Below, in pieces: positions 47,405 through 55,656 of a stretch of DNA of 64,000 nt (the first letter of the stretch is position 1; every line of letters starts with the position of its first letter). The notes beneath the pieces are model-generated. The model made no database searches. It saw only the letters and a program-made list of their open reading frames with translations, and was not told where the DNA came from. Made by a program: the position numbers and the translations under genes. The stretch is from an uncultured Opitutia bacterium (lineage in GTDB: Bacteria > Verrucomicrobiota > Verrucomicrobiia > Opitutales > CAJWYM01), in the NCBI GenBank assembly GCA_913049555.1, contig CAJWYM010000002.1:26142-90141 (forward strand), written 5' to 3'.

Positions 47405-47833
47405 TTTATAATTAAATATTTTATTTATTTTGAGTTATTATTATAGAGGTCTTGTATCAAGGGGCAGTCTAAAATTTGTATTCTATTAGATGTATCCTGA
47501 CGTTCTCGCTAAAAGGAATGAAAAACGAGCGATCCACCCTAAATAAAATTTTGTATTTAACGCAACGCAACGCTCTTCATTGAAGAAAGCCTTGAAGAGA
47601 TTGTCTGATGTAGCTTCATTTGAAATAATTTTAAGGCCCAACTTACTGTGGGACTGTACTTATGGAAATTGTAAACAATCTCCCTAATGATTGAAAGGGA
47701 AAGAGTCTCGTTGGAATTTTGCTCAACCAAATCTAATTTCTCCTTTTAGGCGCTTCATTGAAATTCATGGATTCTTACTCACTTGGTGTTTCATACAAAC
47801 TACAAAAACCATAGGGAACTTGCAATTAATCAT

Positions 47834-49228
47834 TTATATGATTCCTCGAACCTCTTCCAATTGATTGCGAGTCTGAAGTGCTTTTTGGCGAGTGATTGGA
47901 AATTTACTTAAAACAAAGAGTGCTATTAGAGTTGGAATGAATGGACCTAGCATTAAAGTAAGCCTCATTGCTAAGAAAGTTTCATCGCTTTGGTTGCCAC
48001 CCAGTTCTTCATCAAAGCCAGACAACGAGAGAGCAATTCCATGAGCAACAGCACTGAGAGCAATTGCTGATTTGGTGATCCATCCAAACACAGAACTAAA
48101 CATTCCTTCTCTTCTTTGTCCATATTGCAGCTCATCTTCATCGCAAATATCCGCCATCATAGACTCCTTTACTGTGGTGACAGCAGTCCAAAAAAGAGCA
48201 CCAAAAATGGGATCTATCAGGATTAAATAATGATTCCCGGGTCGGTAAATGAACCAACTCAAGACCGCTTTTACAATCAGTAATAAGTAGACTCCTCGAA
48301 GCACATTCGCTTTAGAGCTTCTCTTTGACCACCATAGAACGAATGGAACTCCAATGAATCCCATAAGACCATACCCACTTGAGAGGATGGCCTTCCAAAA
48401 AGACCCTTGGACGATGTCGCCATCAAACATATAATAGACGAGTAGATAGTAATCCATAGAGCTTGCCAGAAGACCCGATACTATTTGTAGAAGGGTCAGT
48501 AAGATAAGAATGGCAAAGGCTTTGTTTTTAAGGGCTTCTTTTGCAGATTGGAACATTGGAATTCTATCCTTTTTGTTCTCTTGCAATTTATAGAAACGCT
48601 CTTTACCGAAGAGAGCAGGCAAGGATCCCAAAAGCATCATGCAAAAGATAGCAACAAACCAGCTAATGCTCTGGATTCCTATCATTTTAGAAGCAAAAAA
48701 AGAGAGAGACGCTAAAGGAACAATCCATTGATAAGAAATTTCTCCAATTTCTGCCCAAATACTGGTGTAACCCATGATGGAGGTACGTTCATCGTAGTTT
48801 GCTGACATCTCATAAGTCAAACATTTGTAAGGAACCGAGAAGACGGTATAACAGGTGTAAAAGAGAATCGAGGTCACACCCAGCCATGCAGCCATTTTGA
48901 ACTCACTCCATCCAGTAGGCACCATCCAGATGAGACCATAAGAAATTCCCATAAGAAGAGCACCGACTAAAATGAAGGGCCTTCTACGACCGAATCGACT
49001 TTTAAAATTGTCGGTTATATTTCCCATGAATGGGTCGGTGAAAGCATCCCACAATCTTGGAAGGGCTAGGACAAAACCAAGGATTGTTGGATGGATACCA
49101 AGCATCATTTGATAATAGGGGATCGCCATAGACTTGACACCTACATTTCCGAAGAAGGAAGTCAGACCACCAGCGCCCACTGCGATTTTCTCTTTTACAG
49201 GTATTTTATCTGAATTATTTATTTTCAT
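47834..49228 (-). CDS. GPH-family (glycoside-pentoside-hexuronide:cation) sugar symporter, paralog A
   Basis: Start placed at ATG 49228 (MKINNSDK...), matching the paralog's N-terminus. Contains the GPH signature DAFTDPFMGNITDNFKSRFGRRRPFI and ~12 hydrophobic segments. Confidence 0.88.
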   Translation of the reverse strand: MKINNSDKIPVKEKIAVGAGGLTSFFGNVGVKSMAIPYYQMMLGIHPTILGFVLALPRLWDAFTDPFMGNITDNFKSRFGRRRPFILVGALLMGISYGLIWMVPTGWSEFKMAAWLGVTSILFYTCYTVFSVPYKCLTYEMSANYDERTSIMGYTSIWAEIGEISYQWIVPLASLSFFASKMIGIQSISWFVAIFCMMLLGSLPALFGKERFYKLQENKKDRIPMFQSAKEALKNKAFAILILLTLLQIVSGLLASSMDYYLLVYYMFDGDIVQGSFWKAILSSGYGLMGFIGVPFVLWWSKRSSKANVLRGVYLLLIVKAVLSWFIYRPGNHYLILIDPIFGALFWTAVTTVKESMMADICDEDELQYGQRREGMFSSVFGWITKSAIALSAVAHGIALSLSGFDEELGGNQSDETFLAMRLTLMLGPFIPTLIALFVLSKFPITRQKALQTRNQLEEVRGII

Positions 49229-49290
49229 TACAAAGGAGTTGCGGATCAATATTGCATACAATTAAATATTATCAAATAAATTATTTTATT

Positions 49291-49340
49291 ATTTATAAAA
49301 CAGTTTGACATATAAGAAAAACAAGCGATGTTTTATAAAT
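49291..49340. promoter_or_regulatory. Perfect 11-bp inverted repeat ATTTATAAAAC-N28-GTTTTATAAAT in the divergent transporter intergenic region
   Basis: The arm at 49291-49301 and the arm at 49330-49340 are exact reverse complements. The left arm is identical to the left arm of the palindrome at 51162-51184. Confidence 0.45.
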
Positions 49341-49598
49341 TAAATAGATCGTTAATAAAATGCACTGTAGCAATCCAGTAAAAAGATTCGAAAATTGAAA
49401 GATGGAACCAGAAACACCCATCGGTAGGCTCATTCGATCTAGAAACGCGGTTTTCTCAGGCTTCAATAGTAGAGGTAACTTTTTACAAGTCCTCTACGCA
49501 CATGACCTATTTAAAAAACCAATCGGTTTTATTTGTGATTGTCGAATCGTTTGAATGAATAAGATCCAAACGAAAGACCTTAAAAAATATATAATTTT

Positions 49599-51026
49599 AT
49601 GAAGATTCAAGAAGTAAAAAATGCATCTCCTAAAGAAGGAGTTCGATTAAAAATCATTGAAAAAATAGCTGTTGGCTCGGGTGGGCTTACAGGATTTTTG
49701 GGAAATGTAGCTGTAAAGAGTACGGCAATCTCCTTCTATCAAATGATGCTTGGAGTCAATCCAGCTCTTTTAGGAGCGTTGTTGGCAGTTCCAAGATTCT
49801 GGGACGCCTTTACGGATCCAGTGATGGGTCGAATCAGTGATAATTTTAAAAGTCGATTTGGAAGAAGAAGGCCTTTCATTTTTTTTGGCGCTATTCTTAT
49901 GGGACTTTCTTTCGGTTCTATTTGGATGGTACCAACAGGATGGAGCGAATACAGCATCGCTGCCTGGTTTTTGGTAAGCTCTTTGATCTTTTACACCTGC
50001 TACACTGTTTTTGCAGTTCCTTTTATGAGTTTAACTTTGGAAGTCAGTTCCGATTATGATGAAAGAACTTCCGTGATGGGATATACCAGCTTTTTCTCTA
50101 AATTAGGAGAGTTGTCGTATCAATGGGTGGTTCCAATCGCTTCGATTTCCTATTTTTCCTCAACAATTGTTGGGGTTCAGACAGTTTGCTGGGGATTGGC
50201 TTTATTCGGTATGATCCTATGCGGTTGTATTCCCGCTCTTTTTGTCAAAGAACGTTATTATGAATTGAGTCAAAAAAAATCTGCAAAAGTTAAAAAGACA
50301 ACGTTCGTCACCGCTGTGAAACAAACATTGAACAACCGGGCTTTTGGAATTCTGATTGGATTGACAATTCTACAAATTATCGCCGGCATTTTGGGGAGTA
50401 GTCTCGATTATTACCTTCTTGTTTATTATATGTTTGATGGGGATATTGGGGAGGGTTCTAAATGGAAAGCTATTCTATCTTCAGGCTATGCAATCATGGG
50501 ATTTGTAGGTATCCCTATTGTTCTTAAATGGTCGAAAAGAACGTCCAAACTTAAAGTATTGCGAGGAATTTATCTTCTAGTGATTCTAAACAGTGTGATG
50601 CGCTGGTTTCTTTATCAGCCAGGGAATTCCTGGATCATTCTCTTAGATCCAGTTATTGGATCTTTGTTTTGGATTGCTGTTGGAACTGTGAAGCAGTCCA
50701 TGATGGCAGATATTTGTGATCAGGATGAAGTAGAATATGGTCAGAGGAGAGAAGGCACATTCAGTTCTGTATTTGGTTGGATTACAAAAACAGCACTGTC
50801 CCTCTCTTTTTTCGCTAGTGGAGTTATTTTAGAATGGATCGGTTTTGACGTAAATCTTGGAGGAAACCAGAGCAGTGGCACCTTTTTGGGAATGCGTTTG
50901 TCCATGGTTCTTGGTGGAATTGTCCCCTCTTTAATGGCTTTAGTTGTTTTGAGGTATTATCCAATAGATCGAAAAGAATCCGAAGAAAACAAAAGAATTC
51001 TCGAGAGCAGGAGGGGAGTGGTCTGA
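49599..51026 (+). CDS. GPH-family sugar symporter, paralog B
   Basis: 475-aa ORF with DAFTDPVMGRISDNFKSRFGRRRPFI. It aligns colinearly by eye with paralog A over the full length. Confidence 0.9.
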   Translation: MKIQEVKNASPKEGVRLKIIEKIAVGSGGLTGFLGNVAVKSTAISFYQMMLGVNPALLGALLAVPRFWDAFTDPVMGRISDNFKSRFGRRRPFIFFGAILMGLSFGSIWMVPTGWSEYSIAAWFLVSSLIFYTCYTVFAVPFMSLTLEVSSDYDERTSVMGYTSFFSKLGELSYQWVVPIASISYFSSTIVGVQTVCWGLALFGMILCGCIPALFVKERYYELSQKKSAKVKKTTFVTAVKQTLNNRAFGILIGLTILQIIAGILGSSLDYYLLVYYMFDGDIGEGSKWKAILSSGYAIMGFVGIPIVLKWSKRTSKLKVLRGIYLLVILNSVMRWFLYQPGNSWIILLDPVIGSLFWIAVGTVKQSMMADICDQDEVEYGQRREGTFSSVFGWITKTALSLSFFASGVILEWIGFDVNLGGNQSSGTFLGMRLSMVLGGIVPSLMALVVLRYYPIDRKESEENKRILESRRGVV

Positions 51027-51161
51027 CAACCTTTACTCCATTCAAATTCAAGTTTTAAACAGCAGTTAAGGTTGAACTGGAAGAAACTTTTTAGGGCCAT
51101 ACTCACTTAAAATCTACTCCTACCAAGTTTAAATACACACTCAAGAAAAGTAAAAAATTTA

Positions 51162-51184
51162 ATTTATAAAACTGTTTTATTAAT
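51162..51184. promoter_or_regulatory. 23-bp near-perfect palindrome ATTTATAAAAC-T-GTTTTATTAAT upstream of the sulfatase array
   Basis: 10 of 11 arm positions are complementary. It lies 86-108 nt upstream of the ATG at 51270, with TATAAT at 51202-51207 and TTGACA at 51208-51213 nearby. Confidence 0.45.
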
Positions 51185-51269
51185 TATTGAATTTTTTTAT
51201 ATATAATTTGACAATCTAGCTATTCAATGCATTTGTTTGTCTTATAAAAACTCAAAATCCGACCCTTTA

Positions 51270-52661
51270 ATGAATATATTAAAATCTAGTTTTCTCACAC
51301 TTACAGGCCTCTTTTTCTCTTTAATGGGGAAGCCATTGCAAGCGAATCAACCTCCCAATATTTTAGTAATTATGGCGGACGATGCGGGGTACAATGACTT
51401 CGGTTTTCAGGGGAACGAAATTTTTAAAAAGATTACACCCAATCTGGATGAATTGGCAGCAAAAAGTTCATTATTTACTCAAGGATATGTAAGTGCAAGC
51501 GTTTGTGGACCTTCAAGAGCTGGATTTATTACTGGCAAGCACCAGCAAAGATTTGGATACCAAGAAAACTTCCCTCAACATTGGTCTGAAGTTCCTGACA
51601 TCATTTGGAAATCTGAGAAGTGGAAACAACTCGGAGTTCCTAAAGACGAATCAACCATCGGTTCATTGCTTCAAGCGGCTGGTTATAACACCGCGGTTGT
51701 TGGAAAATGGCATTTAGGCTACAGTCAAGAGCATTTTCCAACAGAAAGAGGTTTCGATTATTTTTATGGGTTCCGATCAGGCAGTCGTTCCTACTTCCCT
51801 AAAGCTTCCTACAATACGACTTCAGCAATTCCTGAAAAATATCAGAGTATTGAAGAGAACGACCAACTCGTGTCAGAGAGTGAAATCACTTATTTGACTG
51901 ACAATCTTAGCGACAAAGCGGTTTCTTACATTCAAAACCAGAAAAATGAAAAAGCACCTTTTTTCCTTTTTCTATCCTACACAGCCCCTCATTCGCCTAT
52001 GCAAGCTTTGAAGCAAGATATTAATTCTGTGAGAGCTTGGATCCCGGACGCTAGTCAGATTCGTCTTAAGTATTCTGCCATGTTATACAGAATGGATCTA
52101 GGGATTGGAAGAGTTCTTGATGAACTCTCCAAGTCTGATCAAATGAAGAACACTATGATCGTTTTTCTAAGTGATAATGGAGGTTCTATGAAAAATGGTT
52201 CCGACAATGGCATTTTAAAAAGAAGTAAGTGGAGCCCATACGAGGGTGGGGTTCGAGTTCCATTCTTGATCCACATGCCAGGACAAGAGAAAAGTTTGAT
52301 CTGTGAGCAAGTAATTTCTAGCTTAGATTTACTCCCTACTTTTTTAGCCCAAGCAAATGCAGAAATCCCCTCAGATTTAGATGGAATTGATTTAAGCCCT
52401 TTTTTAGAAGCTGAGGAAAATAAGACTTTTCATAGAACATTGTATTGGAGGGAAAATACTTTCGTTGGCCCCTCCAGATTTATGAGAAGTGGGAACGAAA
52501 AATATGTAAGTGCCGATAAAAACATAGAAGATGAATTTTTTCATTTACACTCGGATATCAGTGAAAGCAACAATTTGTCGTCCGCTTATCCAGAACGTTT
52601 GACTGATTTGAAGAAGAAATACAAAGCATGGAGTTTATCCATGCCAAAACCAAGATGGTAA
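51270..52661 (+). CDS. Cys-type sulfatase, secreted
   Basis: Start placed at ATG 51270 (MNILKSSFLTLTGLFFSLMG) rather than the TTG at 51237. Contains ILVIMADDAGYND, CGPSRAGFITG, GKWH and SDNGG. Confidence 0.9.
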   Translation: MNILKSSFLTLTGLFFSLMGKPLQANQPPNILVIMADDAGYNDFGFQGNEIFKKITPNLDELAAKSSLFTQGYVSASVCGPSRAGFITGKHQQRFGYQENFPQHWSEVPDIIWKSEKWKQLGVPKDESTIGSLLQAAGYNTAVVGKWHLGYSQEHFPTERGFDYFYGFRSGSRSYFPKASYNTTSAIPEKYQSIEENDQLVSESEITYLTDNLSDKAVSYIQNQKNEKAPFFLFLSYTAPHSPMQALKQDINSVRAWIPDASQIRLKYSAMLYRMDLGIGRVLDELSKSDQMKNTMIVFLSDNGGSMKNGSDNGILKRSKWSPYEGGVRVPFLIHMPGQEKSLICEQVISSLDLLPTFLAQANAEIPSDLDGIDLSPFLEAEENKTFHRTLYWRENTFVGPSRFMRSGNEKYVSADKNIEDEFFHLHSDISESNNLSSAYPERLTDLKKKYKAWSLSMPKPRW

Positions 52662-52687
52662 TCCATCTCTATGATCTACTTAAATTT

Positions 52688-54145
52688 ATGAGACCTTTTA
52701 ACAAAATCCTTTCATTATTGACCGCACTTTTTTGCACATCTTCTTTTTTGCAATCGGAACGACCCATCAGTCCATTTTTACTCGGTTTTAACAACAGCTA
52801 CTTCAATGATCTGGATGCAATTTGGAAAGCGGCTCAGATTCCTAAGCATCTTAAAAATTTGAATGTTGGCATTTTAAGATATCCAGGAGGAGAGGAGACC
52901 TCGCGCTATGATTGGAAATACCCAGGAGTAACCGGTTATATCGATGTTTGGAACAAAGGCATGTATACTCAGCAATGGCAAACTACCTGGGTTTCAAAAG
53001 AAGATTGGAATCAAAATCAAAGTTACATGGACGTAGATGAGTATTTTGCTCACTGCAAACAAATCAAAGCGGAACCTTTATTGGGAGTCAATATGACCTC
53101 AGGCATCATTAATGGTAGAGAAAAAGAATGTTTAGAAAATGCCAAAGATCTTCTGAAACATTGTAAGAATCAAGGATACCCTTTGGTCTACGTATATTTG
53201 GACAACGAGCCTTGGCACAAACACAAAAGCAATTATTATCATTTTAAAGGAAACTCTTATGCTGAAAATGTGGTGAAATATGCGACTGCGTTGAGACAGA
53301 TTTTTCCGGATATTAAAATTGTTGTAAATCCTTTTGATGGAAATCAATTCAATCTGGAGCCTCAATTGAAGAAATTCCTTAAAATAGCTGGAGACTCTGT
53401 GGATGTTATGGATGCCCACTGGTATTGGAGTTTTGGTTCTGCTACTTTTCAAGGATGGAAAAATTCATTGCCCCTTAAAAATTCAGCCAAATGGAAGCCT
53501 TATGACCAAGCCATTACTTACACTCAATTTATTAAGAATGCAAAGTCTATATTTTCCAAAGCTGGTTACCCAGACATGCAACTAGCAGCTCTGGAGTGGA
53601 ATATCTCCCCCCCTGTAGATGAGTCAAGCAAGGGACAAATTGCGCTGATGCAGGCTGAAATGTTTATGCAATTTATTGAAGGTGATTTAGATATGGCATG
53701 TGTTTGGCCAATGTTCTGGCAAGTCAATCCCCCAGATGGAATCAACAAAAACATTGGTAAAACTTCTGGGAACGGAGACAAACGAAGTATCTTTAATCAT
53801 GTGGCTCCCTACGATTTAAATCCTAGTTATCACATGTTTCAATTGTTTGCTGATTTAAAATCAGCTCAATTCATTGAGGCTCAATTCTTAAGTCAAGGGA
53901 TCTACGTCATAATGATCCGTGAAATCCACACTAAAAACCGCATTTCTTATGTTTTAAATAAATCCAATGAGGATCATGAATATGAATTTTCAGCTGGAGA
54001 GGTTCTGGGATCCGATCATTTTGAAACGAAAAGATTCAAGGTAGATGGGATTTTGACGGAAACAGTGAAAGCTAAATTGAAGCCGTCACAATCTAAGTTG
54101 CTCGTTCCGAGTGATACTTTAACAAAAATTGTATTTTTAAAATAA
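52688..54145 (+). CDS. Clan GH-A-like (TIM-barrel) glycoside hydrolase, family unassigned, secreted
   Basis: Start placed at ATG 52688 (MRPFNKILSLLTALFCTSSF). Contains LRYPGGEETSRYDW, YVYLDNEPW (candidate acid/base NEP) and LAALEWNIS (candidate nucleophile Glu). Spacing is consistent with a 4/7 retaining TIM barrel. Confidence 0.6.
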   Translation: MRPFNKILSLLTALFCTSSFLQSERPISPFLLGFNNSYFNDLDAIWKAAQIPKHLKNLNVGILRYPGGEETSRYDWKYPGVTGYIDVWNKGMYTQQWQTTWVSKEDWNQNQSYMDVDEYFAHCKQIKAEPLLGVNMTSGIINGREKECLENAKDLLKHCKNQGYPLVYVYLDNEPWHKHKSNYYHFKGNSYAENVVKYATALRQIFPDIKIVVNPFDGNQFNLEPQLKKFLKIAGDSVDVMDAHWYWSFGSATFQGWKNSLPLKNSAKWKPYDQAITYTQFIKNAKSIFSKAGYPDMQLAALEWNISPPVDESSKGQIALMQAEMFMQFIEGDLDMACVWPMFWQVNPPDGINKNIGKTSGNGDKRSIFNHVAPYDLNPSYHMFQLFADLKSAQFIEAQFLSQGIYVIMIREIHTKNRISYVLNKSNEDHEYEFSAGEVLGSDHFETKRFKVDGILTETVKAKLKPSQSKLLVPSDTLTKIVFLK

Positions 54146-54149
54146 GAAA

Positions 54150-55652
54150 ATGAGAAAATCACCCAACTTTATAGTAATCTATGCGGATGATTTAGGTTTT
54201 GGAGATCTAGGCTGTTACGGTGCTAGTAATCTTCCCACGCCAAATCTTGACCGAATGGCTAAGGAAGGCATTCAATTCAACCAAACTTATGCTACGGCTG
54301 CAACTTGCACCCCTTCTCGCTACAGTTTATTAACTGGAAGTTATCCGTGGAGAAACCCAAAAGCAAAAATTTTGAAGGGGGACGCTCCGATGATCATCGA
54401 TGATGGTGAATGGACTTTGCCAAAAATTTTGAAAAGGGCGAATTATAAAAGTGCAGTGGTTGGAAAGTGGCACATAGGTCTGGGGGATGGAGATATAAAC
54501 TGGAACGAGAAAATATCTAAAACTCCTCTGGATGTCGGCTTTGATCAATCTTTCATTATGGCTGCAACCAATGATCGAGTGCCTTGCGTTTATATTGATG
54601 GTAGGGAAGTTGAAAACTTAGACCCTCAGGATCCGCTAGAGGTCCACTACGGGAACAAAAATCCTTTCCCAGAAGAACCCACTGGCAGACAAAATCCAGA
54701 ACACTTAAAGTTAATGCACAATGACCATCAACACTTTGACTCTATTGTCAATGGAGTTGGTAGAATTGGTTTTTGTAAAGGGGGCCAATCTGCACAGTGG
54801 AACGATGAAACAATGACCGATACCTTTTTAGAAAAATCAAAACAGTTTATCTCTGACAATCAATACAATCCTTTTTTCCTCTATTTTGCCTTGCATCAAC
54901 CTCATGTTCCTAGGATTCCCAGTCCTAGGTTTCGAGCTTATACGCAACAAGGACCAAGAGGGGATGTGATCGCAGAGTTGGATTGGTGCGTAGGTCAATT
55001 GATAGATACTCTTAAAGATTTAAACTTGGCAGAAGACACCCTTGTCTTATTTTCCAGTGACAATGGCCCCATTTTAGAGGATGGATATGCGGATCAAGCA
55101 AAAGAATTGGTTGGAGACCACAAACCGGCTGGACCTTTAAGAGGAGGAAAATACAGCCTTTTTGATGGAGGAACCCGAGTTCCGACTCTTGTTTGGGGAC
55201 CAGGTAGAATTCCATCAATGGAGTCCAACGCCCTTATAAGTCAAGTAGATCTACTAGCAAGTTTCGCAAGTTTGGCAGGTATAAAAATGACACCAAATGA
55301 AACGGCTGATAGCTTAGATCTCTCAGAGGCTCTATTAGGAAATGATTTAAAAGGTCGAGATTGCCTAGTAACGGAGGGCTTCGGAGCCAAAACATTGATT
55401 CGAAAAAATCATTGGGTTTACATTCCTCCTTATGAGGGAGAGCCTCTTTTTGGAGATAAAGGCACAGAGACAGGGAATTTATCAGATCCTCAGTTGTATG
55501 ACCTGAATTCGGACCTGGGACAGAGGCAGAATTTGGCAGATGCAAATCCTGAAAAGCTTAAAGAGTTAGCAAGTTTACTGGAAGATATCAAAGCGAATTC
55601 CAATCCAGAGTTGGAACGATCCGCCAGTAAATCGGAAGCTATTTTTAGTTAG
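54150..55652 (+). CDS. Cys-type sulfatase without a recognisable signal peptide
   Basis: 500-aa ORF that starts MRKSPNFIVIYADDLGFGDLG. Contains CTPSRYSLLTG, GKWH and SDNGP. Confidence 0.9.
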   Translation: MRKSPNFIVIYADDLGFGDLGCYGASNLPTPNLDRMAKEGIQFNQTYATAATCTPSRYSLLTGSYPWRNPKAKILKGDAPMIIDDGEWTLPKILKRANYKSAVVGKWHIGLGDGDINWNEKISKTPLDVGFDQSFIMAATNDRVPCVYIDGREVENLDPQDPLEVHYGNKNPFPEEPTGRQNPEHLKLMHNDHQHFDSIVNGVGRIGFCKGGQSAQWNDETMTDTFLEKSKQFISDNQYNPFFLYFALHQPHVPRIPSPRFRAYTQQGPRGDVIAELDWCVGQLIDTLKDLNLAEDTLVLFSSDNGPILEDGYADQAKELVGDHKPAGPLRGGKYSLFDGGTRVPTLVWGPGRIPSMESNALISQVDLLASFASLAGIKMTPNETADSLDLSEALLGNDLKGRDCLVTEGFGAKTLIRKNHWVYIPPYEGEPLFGDKGTETGNLSDPQLYDLNSDLGQRQNLADANPEKLKELASLLEDIKANSNPELERSASKSEAIFS

Positions 55653-55656
55653 AACG

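Noticed and set aside
49469-49573. Two perfect 7-bp hairpins (GTAGAGG/CCTCTAC and TCGTTTG/CAAACGA) in the leader of GPH paralog B, considered as a riboswitch or attenuator
   Set aside because: Stems of this length are expected at appreciable frequency by chance in a few hundred nt. There is no recognisable riboswitch consensus and no leader peptide or U-tract. I mention them only within the paralog finding.
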